Positions 12,724 through 24,900 of a stretch of 62,034 nt of DNA are shown here, piece by piece. Under the pieces are notes generated by a model. It searched no databases and was not told where the DNA came from. It was given only the letters and a program-made list of their open reading frames with translations. This stretch comes from Lama guanicoe. Taxonomy: Eukaryota. Made by a program: the position numbers and the translations under genes. Within the stretch, counting starts at the first letter, position 1, and each line of letters starts with the position of its first letter. The stretch lies in NCBI GenBank assembly GCA_013239625.1, contig MU053432.1, forward strand, positions 1-62,034. The letters run 5' to 3'.

Positions 12724-13988
12724 AAACAGCCTTGATTTATAACAAAGGTAGCACCAAAATGAAAATGACATGGAAAAGTGGCTATCCAAATAACAAGAAA
12801 AAAATTAAACTGGACCCCCACCTCAATCCTATAAACAAAAAATCAACTACAGTTTTATGAAAAACAAAAAACTGTAAAGATTTTAGCATATAGGCGAATG
12901 TCTGATGAACTTGGGGTAGGGAAAAAAGTCTTAAACAGGACAAAAACAGCACTAGCTATAAAGGAAAACATATTTGACTATCTTTAATTAAAAACTCACA
13001 CTTATCAATTATCTTAAGAGTGAAAAGGCCAGTCACCAACCAGGAAGATATCTGCTTCTGGTATACTGAGAAAGATTCCTATTCAGAATAGATACATAGA
13101 CATATACATAGTAGTGTAAGTCAGTAAGAAAAAGGACAAAATATCCAAGAGAAAAATAGGACTCCTCCCTCCCTAAAATGCACATGCACATGAAGAAGTG
13201 CTCAGTCACCAGCAATCAGGACCAAGCAAATTAAAAGCACAATGCAGTCATCACTTCACATTCCTACCAGACTGGCAAAAATCAAACTCTGATAATACCC
13301 AGTGTTGCTAAGAATGGGGAGCAATGGAAATTGTCATACTCTGGCGGCAGAAATGTGAATCAGATGTACAGGTTGTTTGGCAGTACCCACAAAAGATGGA
13401 GGTAGATACATTCTATGTCCCGGAAATTTTACACACACACACATATCCCTAGAGAAACATGTACAAGAATGTCCATAGCAAACTGCTCATTAAAAAAAAG
13501 GCTATCCAAATACCCACATTAAAATGGTTCAGTTGTGGTACTGTCACACAACGGCATGCCATTCAGCAGAGAAAATGAACAGACTAAAAACATGTGCAAC
13601 AATGTTAACTGAATCTCACACACGTGTTAACCTAAAGAAAACAACTGTGGGCCCGATGCTGACCATCCAGATGCTGGACTACAATTTGGTTCCATTTTTT
13701 GGAAGCTAAAAAAAAGATATAAAACTAAATCTTAGTATTCAGGGATGCATGCTTCTGTGGTGAAACCATTAAGTAAATCAAAGTAATTACCACCAAAAAG
13801 GACACAGCCACGTCAGGAGAGGAGGTAAAAAGACATACGATGAGGTAAGAATGGATAAGGAGATTTTGGAGGCTGCCTACTCTATCTCTTGGCCTAGTTG
13901 GTGGTTACAACAGTGTTCCCTTTATTATTTATTTATTTTACATGTGTTTTTTGTGTGTTAAATGTCATAAGGAAAGGCTTGGAAAATA

Positions 13989-14045
13989 ATACATATATAC
14001 ACACACATACATACATACATATATACACACACACATATATAAATA
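13989..14045. repeat. Compound (TA)/(CA)/(TACA) microsatellite
   Basis: Directly visible. Confidence 0.85.
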
Positions 14046-15980
14046 CAACTGCATAAAATAGCCAGATTACTAATGACAGCTGCCTACAGGGAGGGGACCT
14101 ATATGAGGGATTAAAGGACACTGCAGAGGAAGACTGTTCACAGTACTGTTTTTCAACTTCTACATTCAACCTACAAAGCATGGAAGATTTAATTATGGTT
14201 AAGAAAATGTGTTTTCAGCCTTGACAATGTCAAAGTAACACATGCAGATAACACAAAGTGAGAGATGGGAGTGGGCTAAAAATGGGAAAGGAAGCCATAC
14301 TTATAAAGTGAGGAGTCAACAAAAAAATACATATTTTAGTATATTATATAATTTGTAAAGGTAACAGAGGAGCAAAAAATAATGACAAAATTACCAAAAA
14401 TCAAAAATATGGGAAAGGGTTAATGGGGCACTATAGGTTAGCCAAATCTTCACTTATCATAGCAGGAAGTCAACAGATAACATTTATAGTTCATAAATCA
14501 ATGATGAAATATAAGTAACCATTTGAAAAGCTAAAAACAATAAAAAGATGAGGGGCAGCAGCTGCATTGTATTATAAGTGATTAGGTAACTATTTGAGTT
14601 TTAAATATGAATATATATACTGACTTGATTAAAAAAGAAAAAATAATTTCACTTAGAACATACATATCTAAGGACATAAGGACATTTATTTTATCAGGTA
14701 TAAAATAATATAATATTGACTCAAGGTATACGGGCTAAAGAGACCAAAATTCAGATCTGCTAATACACGACAGAGCAGAGGGATTCAATTGCTGAGATTA
14801 TTAACTCTGAAGATGAGAATAAACATATCCATCACTTGGTAAATGGCCATTGATTAAAAATCCAAGCCAAGGACTATGCATGGTCGGTAGGTAGTATTAT
14901 GTCTTTAAAATGGAGATTTGATCATCTGGCTCACCTCTTCGAAAAGCTGGTAATTAAAAACAAACAGGGTAGGCTCCAAACATTTTTGATTGGTCACTGA
15001 CGGCGTGTCAGTCACAAGAAGCTGCCCGCCTTAGTTAGGCAACTAACAAGTTATTTTTAAGAAAAATGAGTAAGCAGTAAAGAGGCTGAAAAAAGATGCA
15101 CAACTTACGAGAATACTCAATAATCTAGGCTAAGAGCTACTAGCCATGGTAATGTATCTTAAAAGACATTTAAATGAGTATCAAAAGAGCCAGGGGCCTA
15201 AGCTGATACACAGTGGCAGAATAAAAAAATACAAATAGTGAAATAAATAATTCAAAAAAAATTTTCTGAAGGTAATGAGGCTTCAAGAAGGTAATGAAAA
15301 CATTGGTGTGGTAAAGGTGAGAAAGATCTGAACATGCCTGGCTTTCAAAAAACTATTCAATCAGAATATGCAAGGATGAGTATGCTGATCAGATTCAGGA
15401 ATTACGTAAAACAGAGAGCGCTAAGAGCAGGTAGTTAAAATGAGGTATTTCAAATATTTTCTACTTCAATAATAAGCTTTAGTTAGCACACAAGTTAATC
15501 CAACAATCCTAAGAATAAATAGCTTACAGGGCAGTACAGCATCCCACTGTGGCAAAATAATCACTTTACGCTAATTGTTAAAAGAAGAAAAAAGAACAAG
15601 AAGTAATCCTTTAATTGTTAGCAACTGTTTCTGATCTAGCATTATGATGAAGGGGGAGATTTATATCTAGGGGTATAAACAGATACCTATTATCTATGGA
15701 GATCAAAGTAAGAATCAAATTTCTGAATCCACCTAATTCCACTGGTGTCTTTAGAGTGCCTCCCATTTTTTAGGGTTAGCAGTTTTCAGGAAGAAGTTCT
15801 AATTACCCAAAGGAATATGAATTAGAATTTGTTTTTCCTACCTTAATAGGAAATAGGGAGAAAGAATTATTCCCTACATGAACAAGGAAGAACCAGGCAT
15901 CAGGTTTATAAAGTTGTGAACTCAGATCGTTAATGTGGGGAAGACAGGTGGAAATGATTACCCAGGGCCAGAGAACTCAC

Positions 15981-16022
15981 CTTCCAGAAAAGCAAATTCA
16001 TCCACAGCTTCTATTGCATTAT
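15981..16022 (-). CDS. POLE4: POLE4 coding exon 3
   Basis: TTTCAG| acceptor; encodes (D)NAIEAVDEFAFLE plus 1 nt. 42 nt, donor AG|GTGAGT; phases are compatible with exons 2 and 4. Confidence 0.96.
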
Positions 16023-16700
16023 CTGAAACACAAGATAAAGGCCTACTGACTAACTCTGGTCACTTGGGCATCAACCTCTTATAAAAGCACAACCCACACA
16101 GTGACGGCATGAGGCTTTACACAAGGGAGGGCATTTATAAAATTTATCCCTTGCTATCTTGAGATCCACATCTACTCCACCACCAAATCTTACTTATCAG
16201 CTGTCTCTCCACAAGAGTTAAAAAAAAAGTCTCGGTAAATACTGTTCACTGCGGGGAATCTCTTTGCTTTAAGAGTCATCAGAAGTTTGTGAAGATTATA
16301 TATATAACATATACAAGTAAGGTAAGATTATGGTATATGAAAGCTTATACATATGCAAGGGTTACCAGCTAGAAAGTAGTCAGAAAGCAAAACTACTTTC
16401 TAGGTGGGGGCAAAAAAAGTCAAGCCTGGTACAAGGCAGAAGGTATAAAGGGGTCTAGTTAACTTTGGCAACACCTAGAACTCCTCTCGTTCACTGTCCC
16501 AGCACTTCTCCAGCCACCCAAAGCACAGATTCAAAAGGCAGGATTTTTCTGGCACTGAGGCAGTCCAACAGAAAGCATCGTAGAAAGAGACCTGGGGCAC
16601 CTCTCCCCTTCCAGTGCTGCCTTCTCAACCAGTGTAAGAGAAAGCCTCACCCAGCCCTCCCTTGTCTGCGCCCAGATGCAAGATACCAGTGACACGCTAC

Positions 16701-16785
16701 CCAGATCTCTCCTCTGAAGGGTCTTCCTTTTCCCTTGCTGAGCACAACAGTAGGCATCTTTTGCAATGGTCTCCACAAACAGTTC
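16701..16785 (-). CDS. POLE4: POLE4 coding exon 2
   Basis: CACAG| acceptor preceded by a pyrimidine tract; encodes ELFVETIAKDAYCCAQQGKRKTLQRRDL plus 1 nt. 85 nt, donor G|GTAGCG. Confidence 0.97.
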
Positions 16786-17249
16786 CTGTGAAGAAAACAA
16801 GCAGGGGCACAAAAAGTAAAAATTCTAATAAACAAACTAAAATTGAAAACTTAAAAAAAAAAAAAGAAAAAGAAACAAAGAGCAGAGTTGTACCGATGAG
16901 TTTCAGCACAATTCTTGTGCGTGCTTCGGTCTGTGAGTGCGGCGCCAGAGGTGAAAGGGGGCTCGGATGAAGGGGGCCGCTCTCCGGGAAGGCTGCACTT
17001 GACTTCACGAAGGTCTAGTCCCCTTCACCCTCCCGCAGTGGCCCATGACACATCCGTCCCTCCCTCCCTTTTAAATCCACCCCGCTCACGAACCTGCGAC
17101 TCCTACAAGTTCTGTTAGTCTAGAGATGCAAATTAAAGTCGTGCCCCCGCCCTCATGAAGAGGCAGGTGTGTTAACAAACCAATGCTACAGTTCCACGTG
17201 ATCCTTTTTCTGTCTTCCCTTCCTATACTCACATCTCAGAATCCGGCCC

Positions 17250-17900
17250 CAACACCTCTCGTACCTACGTCACCCCCGCCACCCACCCCACCCCCGCCTG
17301 GGTCCTCGGCATACCCCGCCCCAGACCCAACTCTTCCTCCGGCGCTCCCCAAACCTGGCCCCGGACACCGCTAGGCCCCGCCCCACCAAGGGCCCGAGGC
17401 CCCGCCCCCGCCCCGCCCCCCGCGGGCCCCGGCGCTCCCCGCCGTACCGCGGCTCGTGCCAGAATGAAGATGGCTTCCTGTCCCGCGAGCGTCACGTCGG
17501 GGTCCGCCTTCACCAAGGCCTTCACTCGCGCCAGAGGCAGCCTGGAGAGACGAGCCCCGGGCACACTCGTCGGCGCTTGAGGCTGCGGGGCCGCCGCGTC
17601 CCCACCTGGCCCCTCCTCCTCCCGGGGAGCCCCGCTTCCAGCCGCCGCCGCCATCCGGGCCCCGAGCGTGCTGCGCGCGGCCGCCGACTGTGCGCGCGCA
17701 GGCGGCGCCGCCCCTTTCCCGCGCCGCTGGAGGCCACGCCCCCAGCGGGCGCCTGGCTCCGCCCCTCACGCGGCGGGGAGCTTCCTGGGAGGGCGGAAGG
17801 GCGCGGGGGTGGGGGGCGGTGGGTCTGTCTTTTCTGCCTCTCGCCGCCTCTGGCGTGTGGTGTCTGTCTTGCTGTTCCCGATGACTATCACGCGCAATTC
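17250..17900. promoter_or_regulatory. CpG island / TATA-less promoter of POLE4
   Basis: Very GC- and CpG-rich stretch spanning exon 1. GC boxes at 17759-17764 and 17791-17796, an E2F-consensus TTTCCCGC at 17715-17722 and an NRF1-like TGCGCGCGCA at 17691-17700. Confidence 0.9.
17448..17654 (-). CDS. POLE4: POLE4 coding exon 1 (DNA polymerase epsilon subunit 4, histone-fold protein), aa 1-69
   Basis: Translates MAAAAGSGAPREEEGPGGDAAAPQPQAPTSVPGARLSRLPLARVKALVKADPDVTLAGQEAIFILARAA, recognisable as the POLE4/p12 N-terminus and histone fold. 207 nt, ends at a GCG|GTACGG donor, phase 0. Confidence 0.97.
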
Positions 17901-18034
17901 TGTCTAGCTGAGCCCCCCTTTGAGAAACTTGATTGTAAAAGTAAACACAGTAGTAACAGAAACATATAAAGGAGAAACTTGAACAATTTTATATGCTACT
18001 GGAGGAGACGGTAAGTTGGAGCAGTAATAATGTG

Positions 18035-18059
18035 GGCGGGAAGAGGACGTCACTTCCGC
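18035..18059 (-). promoter_or_regulatory. Overlapping ETS-CRE element plus E2F-like site upstream of POLE4
   Basis: Minus strand GCGGAAGTGACGTCC (18059-18045), adjacent to TTCCCGCC (18042-18035). Confidence 0.55.
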
Positions 18060-18264
18060 AATTCTTCCCTCTTTCTCATGACAAAACCTCATCTATACCA
18101 GTTAGAGTCCAATTAGGAGAAAGATACCACACAGGATTTTAATAGGGAAAGTAATTTGAAAAGGAAAGTTTAATATAAAATCAGTAACTATACTGGGAGT
18201 AAAGAGGACTGTTAAGGGGTAAAGTGAAGTCTGAAGAATAGAGGACTCTCATGTGTACGCCCAG

Positions 18265-18787
18265 TGTTACTGAGTCCAAACTTGTTCTGCTCACCACAGG
18301 ACAGGCCAGTAAATTGGGAGACGAGGTGTTGGGGCAAGGAACAGCGACTTCATTTGGAAAGCCTGCAGACCAAGAAGGTGGCCAACTAATGTCCTGGAGA
18401 ACCATCTTCCCCAAGTCAGATTTCAGGCTCCTTTCAAACTAAAAAGGGGAAGGGGTGTGGTTGGTTGTTGCAAACATCTTGCTGTAGGAATTCTTTGTTC
18501 TTGCAGCCGTCCACGTGGGTCGGTCATGGTGACCCTGTAAAACCTCCAACAAAACAAATGTTATTTTCTATGTTGCAATTTGTTGTCTTTATATAAGTGC
18601 AAAAGTGTTAATAGCCTTAAAGGTCAGAGCCTTGAGAATAGGCTCTTCTGTGATATTTCAGGCTGTATGCAACATTATTTTACAAAAGGTGCAGAGCTAG
18701 CAAGACTTAAGCCTAGAAAACAGGGCACAGGGTTAAAGCCAAAGGAACAGATCTAACATGGAGCAAGATTTGTTATTTTCTATTACA
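18265..18787 (-). mobile_element. ERV1-type solo LTR (family A), nested in an older LTR-like element (~18090-19190)
   Basis: TG…CA termini, 4-bp TSD CCAG, 523 bp. Confidence 0.85.
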
Positions 18788-19671
18788 CCAGGGCTGGGGT
18801 GGAAAACTCACAGATGTAATGAAGGTGGGAGAGCACGCCCTCCGGCCAGAACTGAGATAAAGACCTTGGAGAGGGTGCAGCCATGACTCCCTGAGCAGTG
18901 ACGTCATCGAAGTGTGTGCTGGCAAGACTCACTGGCAGTTCACCTTCTGGGATGCTTTGGGACGATGCCTATGAAGAGATGCTTCACACTGCTGGCCGAT
19001 GTGCACTGCACAAGCTTGTTAAGAAAAAGCATGCTGGAACCAGGAAATGCCCCCTTTATCCTCCAGTGCCCTCTATTGATAAAGCATAACGTCATAATCA
19101 TCTGGCCAAGGAGAAGTATTCTGGTACCACCAGCAAGCAATGAAGGTGGATCTGTAGCTGAGAGGCAATAGGTTGATAATGGCACACCCATCCGGGTTAA
19201 ATTGAACCTTATGCCTATTCCACACTGACATCCATGCAGCTCTATGTGGACAGAGAAAACAAAAACAAAGTCAACAACAAAAGCCAAAGTGACTAGTCTT
19301 TCCAGGCTTGTCATCAGTCTCGTGGGGAAATCAGGGCAGCCGGCAATCCCACCGCGTTCTACTCACTTGCGTATTCACCCAGAGGATTGACACCTTCTGC
19401 TTCCTCCTCAAATGTACACCTTCTCCTCAACCCACTGGCTCTCTCTGCTGATGACTTTCTATTTCACAGAGAAAATAGAAGCCCTGAGAGTAAGAGCTTC
19501 TGCCAACACTCCTCACCGCACCTACACACCTAGCATCACCTGCACCCACAGACTCTGCCTTCCCACCAGTGATAGCACTCAAATGTCCGTGCTCCCCTAC
19601 AAGGCCATCCCTCCACCTCTCTCCATCAGATTCCCAACGCTTCTTGCCTTCAGTTCCTGTCAGGATATGGC

Positions 19672-19791
19672 TTTATTTAGGTGGGAAAAAGTAATTAGCT
19701 TTATATATTTTTAGAGGAGGTACTGGGGATTGAACTCAGGATGTTGTGCATGCTAAGCGTGTGCTCTACCACTTGAGCTACAGCCTACCCC
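19672..19791 (-). mobile_element. tRNA-derived SINE within an L2 remnant
   Basis: Reverse complement of the same SINE (GGAGGTACTGGGGATTGAACTCAGG…TGAGCTACA). Confidence 0.88.
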
Positions 19792-20049
19792 ACTACACAG
19801 CTTTTCAAAAAATATTTGCTCTTGACCCCACACTTCCGTTCAACTTCTGCCTCATTTCTTTGCTCTTCTTTATAACAAAAGTCTTTGCCAAACTTATGTA
19901 TATTCAATGTCTCCATTTGTTTTTTCTTTTCACTCCCTCTTGCGTTTACTCCAATGAGATATTTATCACTGCCAGTCAGCATTTTCAAGATCACCAATGA
20001 CCAGAGCCACCCCTGGTGTGCAGGGACTGGAAAGATACTTTTTTCAGGG

Positions 20050-20340
20050 CTGTTTTTCATCTAAATTATTTGATTCTAAAATATATGGGCCTGTGTAAGG
20101 TGTTGAGATTTATCAATGAAGATTTAGGATCATCAGTATCAAAGAGATATTTACATGTTAGTTCATTGCATCATCGCTGCACTTGAAGATTCTTTATGGA
20201 GTCTGAGCACCAACTGTTCCTGGTTCAGGCGCAGGAAACATCTTTCCATGATCTTTTGGCTAACGTTGTATCTCTCACCGTTAGAAAATGGTAGCAACGC
20301 ACCAGCCGTAACAATTGCTCACAATGATATAGTTCTTTGA
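20050..20340 (-). mobile_element. Possible ancient hAT DNA-transposon transposase C-terminal remnant
   Basis: Frameshifted translation …IMERCFLRLNQ…NELTCKYLFD/LMILNLH… resembles the hAT dimerisation domain pattern (ERxFSxxN…R.xL…LM.I.L). Judged by eye only. Confidence 0.35.
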
Positions 20341-21859
20341 AACCTGTTTATATTGAAACAGTATGGTTTGGGGTTTGGGTTTTTTGTTTGTTTTGCGTGC
20401 GTGCGTGCCTCTTCATTTCTCTAATAGCATGTATGTAATGCTGGCCACGTCATTATTCACATGCTGCATCATTAATCATGGCACCTGTGCATACTGGCTT
20501 CCAATCACTCTCCTAAAGCGTGTCTCTGTGCTTCGTTGATGACCAAAGATGCAAAGCTTACCGAGCCTTATATACAGGAAAATATGAATGGTAATCCATT
20601 TTCTGATTATGGTAAATTTTCTGTTTGGAATTTTATAGTGTTAACATAGAACAACACATCTTCAAACCACATATTCTCTTAAATTCTTTAGGCTGTAATT
20701 GTTGCATTTTTAGAATGTGATCACTTTTAATGTTGCCTGTAGTCCTGCTTCTAAACACCACCATCAGTAGGGAGAAGAAGCAAGGAGATATGAATGGAGA
20801 AAGAAAAACAGTCCCAGTAACATGAGGAATGACCATCCCTTATTAGGCATAGCTTAAGATTGACCTACGAAAACACTATCACCATATCACCTGGAGCAAG
20901 AGTGGACGTTGGTTGGAAGAGCCTGTTGGCATTGCAAAGCAACAGTCTTAAAAGCCCTCAGAGGAGACATGCACAGCCACCCCTGGAGAACTTTCTGATG
21001 TGTGGTGTGAAGGAGGGTGTGAGGTGACAACCCCCAGTGGCAAGGGGATATGCGAGGTAAGAGATGCTGGTCACCATCCCACACCTTTGAGTGCTGTAAA
21101 TCAGAGATGGCACTGTGCTTGGAACACAGATGGGTGAGAGCGAGATATGGGTCCACACATGCAGCTCAAGACAAGTGTCAGCAGTACATCATTAGTAGCT
21201 CAGTGTCCTCTGTCCGATGTGAGACTCACCCTAAATTGGTGTGTCAGTGCCATCCTAGTGACCCAGTGTCACACAATCCCACATCAGCCAGCAGGAACAG
21301 CCCAGTTGCCAGGCTGCCCTCCAAGAGCCTTCCAATGACCCCATTGGCACAAATCTTGGCATTCCTCAAGGCAACGGGTCAACCCTATACGCAGAGTGGA
21401 GGAGGTTCAGAGAGTGCCCCAAAAGAGGAGAAAATGAGGATTGGGGTTTACACATGTCCCTGTCTAAAGATGGGGACTGCCATTTGTCCCCAGCACTGGG
21501 GTCTACCGTGATGAAACGAGCCCTACTAGAAGAGGGGGTTGGATAACCCCACCTATGTTTTTCCATGTACATTGTTGCCATGCTTCTCTCCAGGGACCCT
21601 CTTTTTTGTTCTAGACTTGACCTTATCCACGAGCACTTTAAGGCCCAGATAGAAAATTCCTTATTGCCAAGAATTAATTTTTGTAGTATTTGGAGAGACC
21701 CCATGATTCATTGGGAAGTTTGTTTTTTCCAAAGATGCAATAGAGTCCCAGAATTTCCCAGCTTGAAAGGATTTGAGGTATTCATAAAATCATAGACATT
21801 CAGATCTGGAGGAGTTCTAGGGTCATTCAGACCAATTCTTTATTTCTGCATTTCCTCTT

Positions 21860-23470
21860 TCTAAGCCTCCTATATTGGTTTCTGTAACATCCAATGCCCT
21901 AGTTTCCCTCCTGTCTTTCTGGCCACTCTTTCTCTGTCTCCTTTGCAGGATCTACTTTTTCCAGGGCTAAATCTTCATACTCTTTTGCTTACTCTAGATC
22001 CCTGGGTGAGCTCATCCCAGCCCATGGCTTTAAATATCATTTATAGGCTAATGATTCCCAAATGTATATTCCCAGCCCCACACTCCCCTCTGAGTGTCAA
22101 GCTCATATATCCAACAGTCTGTTTCTTACCACTAGTGTCTCTCACAGACACCTCAAACTTGACGTACTTAAAAATGGACTCTAGATGTTACCTTTGACAT
22201 GTATCAATGAGTCCATCTTGTAGTCTTCTGACCAAAGGAAATGGCTCCAATGTCCATACAGATGCCAGAGCCTTCTTACCAACCTTCTTTTCCCTCCATC
22301 TCACATCCATTAATACATTCTTTCCAGTCTTCCCACCTTTTCTCAAATGCCTCTACTTCTCTTCATCTCAAATGCCAACATTTGTATCCAAGCCATCATC
22401 GTGTCGCCTCTGGACCATGCTTGTAGTGCCCTAACCTGTTCTCCCTATTTCCAGTGTCACCTCAATCTATTCTTTGTGTAGCAACTGGAGGATTCTTTCA
22501 AGGTGTGAATTTAAATCTTAAATCGTCCACAGGCTCCCACTGCAATCAGAATAAAGTCCAAACTTATATAACTGCTTCAGATGGCTCTGTCACCTCTAAC
22601 CTTGTCTCCTACTTTCCTCCTTGCTCACTGTGTTCCAGTATTGCTGTCCTTTCAAGGCCTTGAACACACCAAGCTTTCTCTACCCTCAGGGCCTTTACAT
22701 ACCAACACCTCTTCCTGGAACGCTCTTCCACTAACTGCTTCTTTAGGTCATGGCTTGTCATGGCTTTTGAACACATCCACAAAGTCTTGGACTTTAACCT
22801 ATCGAAAGGCGGAATCTAGTTTCCCCTCCCCTTGACTTTGGACTGGACTTAGTTAGCAACTTGCCTCTAATGAATAAAATGCTGCAGAAGTTAACTCTGT
22901 GTAACTTCTAAGACTAGGTCAAAAAAAGGGGGGGAGAGGGGGGATACAGTTCCCAACTTGGTTCTCTCTCTCAAGATGCTCACCCTTGGAACCCATCTTC
23001 CAGGCAGGCGGACACATGGAGAGGCCACATGCAGGTGTCTCAGTTGACAGCCCCGTTCAGGTCCCTGGCAACAGCCAGCATCGACCACTAGACATGTAAA
23101 TGAGAAGGACTTCAGAAGAATGCAGTCCCCACCCTCCAAGCCGCCCCAGCTGATGCTACGCAGAGCAGAGACACACTGTCCCCATCAAGCCCTGCCTAAA
23201 TTACAGATTTGTCAGCAAAATAACTGCCACCATTGTTTTAAGCCACTAAGTTTTGGGGTCAGTTGTTACACAGCAATAGCTGTCTGGAGTACAGCTCACA
23301 TGCCCCCTTCTCAGCACTGCCCTCCCTGACTGTCCTACCTTAAGTGTCCACTGGCTCCATCTAGCACTAATAAATGATTAATTATTATTATTAACGTCAA
23401 TGTCCAGCCTAGTGCCTGGCAAACAGGAGGTGCTCAATGAATATTTGTGGAATGATGGATTAAGTAAATG
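21860..23470 (+). mobile_element. L2 LINE remnant (interrupted by MLT1)
   Basis: CTCATCCCAGCCCATGGCTTTAAATATCATTTATA…CTCAGGGCCTTT…GTGCCTGGCAAACAGGAGGTGCTCAATGAATATTTG…GAATG L2 3' terminus. Confidence 0.8.
22755..23293 (+). mobile_element. MaLR LTR (MLT1G/H-like)
   Basis: Ends with the diagnostic TTTTAAGCCACTAAGTTTTGGGG…TTGTTACACAGCAATAG…ACA. Confidence 0.85.
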
Positions 23471-24319
23471 AATCATTCTGTCACATTTAAAGTTATCAGT
23501 CACTAATAAGATGGAAGTTGTTTAATCATTTGCAGGATGCTAACATCAAATATTAATTCAGATAGAGGGAAGGGTAGGGACAGAGCATGTTTTTGTGGTG
23601 CTGCTGCTTGGGGAGCCTGGGCAGACTTGATGACCGCCACTCAGAGGCCTGGATAACTAGAAGTCACTGGGGCCTGGGAAGGAGAGAGGGAGCCCCAAAG
23701 ACACTAGCCCTCATGTCGGCGCAGCGGACAGTCTGCCTGTTATCTGTTATTGAGGAAGCAAGTGACTCTCTTTGCTATCTGTTATGCCTGCCAGCACATG
23801 TCTTTCTCAGACACGGGCAGAGTCCCAGCTTGGGACACAGAAGACAGGCAGACTGAGGCAGGAGATGTTTCAGAGAATCATTCTTGCAAGAGATGCTGCA
23901 GAGTTGATAATGACAGACATGTCAGATGATTGAATTTCAGGCTGGTTCCTGGGGGCTTTGTTCATTGCTTTCCACTCTGACTTGCCGTTTCCTTGGTGAC
24001 AGGACAGCTGCTGGGCAGATGAAGGCTTTGGGGCTGCCTGACTAGCTTGGAAACTAACTGACTCTGACAGCTTTGATTGGAATGAAAAGATTTAGGGTCC
24101 CTACAGGCTTTCCTAAATTAAACCCTCCCTCCTGGAGTAAGTTTGTTTATAAATGTTGCACTAGATTAGGGGAGTTTTCCTGTGGCAAGAGAATTCCTTT
24201 ACCGTAGAGGTTGACTTGTTGGGGCTGCTGGCAGGGTTTCTGAGGTTGGGCTCCTCAAAGCAGCCCAGCCGGGAAAGGCTACACACTCATCTGCTCCCCA
24301 GGCAATGCCTCTCGGGGTA

Positions 24320-24900
24320 TGTACTGATCAGGCCTCAATAGGAAAACAGAAACCACATCAGCTGTCTTAACAGAAAGAATTTCATCTAGGCAATAGGTGA
24401 TGTGGGTATTGGAGGCTGAAAATGCAAAAAAAAGGAATATCAAAATAAACACAGAGGCAGTAACTACAGAAGGCAGCTCCTTCTCTGGGACTGGAGAACA
24501 AAGGAAAGACATTGGGGTTCTAATCATTTAGGGGTTTGGAAGAGGGGCCCTGCAGAGCTGGAACCCAGAACTCCAAGAAGGGGTGACGGACTAGCATCTC
24601 TGAGGCTGGTGCTGAGAGTGTTAGAAAACACTGGAAACTGGAACACATTGCTATTAGAAAGAACTGTCGCTGCCGGGTGAGGGGTCATTGCTAGAGTGAT
24701 GCTCACAGGGACAAGGAGCAGTGCGGAAGGAGCAAGTCCCTGCTCCGTCCTCCAGCCTTGTAATCCATCTTGTAGACAGGACCTAATCTGGAGCTAGATG
24801 GCAATGCAGAATTGTGATTTTCAGAGTCACAACCCCGGAATCATGGAGTAGCATATAGAAGAGTGGGTCTGAGCTGAGAGATGTCAGCTTCATAACCAGC
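24320..24900 (-). mobile_element. Ancient eutherian LTR-like element, family uncertain
   Basis: Begins TGTACTGATCAGG…GGAAAACAGAAACCAC, a similar layout to the element starting at ~18090. Confidence 0.45.

Larger units (their letters stand above)
5970..13950 (+). mobile_element. Old, heavily nested L1 occupying most of POLE4 intron 3 (antisense to the gene)
   Basis: A-rich degenerate ORF1 (~7500-8300), ORF2 motifs (CCAGGCCCAGATGGCTTCACTGGTGAATTCCATCAAA at 11551; GACAAGCTGATTCTAAAAT at 12328) and 3'UTR. Boundaries approximate. Confidence 0.75.

Noticed and set aside
16531..16812. 93-aa ORF as a separate gene
   Set aside because: It is POLE4 exon 2 plus flanking intron in frame.
17265..17654. 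129-aa single ORF as the full POLE4 protein
   Set aside because: Homology ends at residue 69 at a GT donor. The remainder is GC-rich intron read-through.
17371..17969. Several overlapping Arg/Gly/Ala-rich ORFs
   Set aside because: Expected stop-codon scarcity in a CpG island; no recognisable protein.
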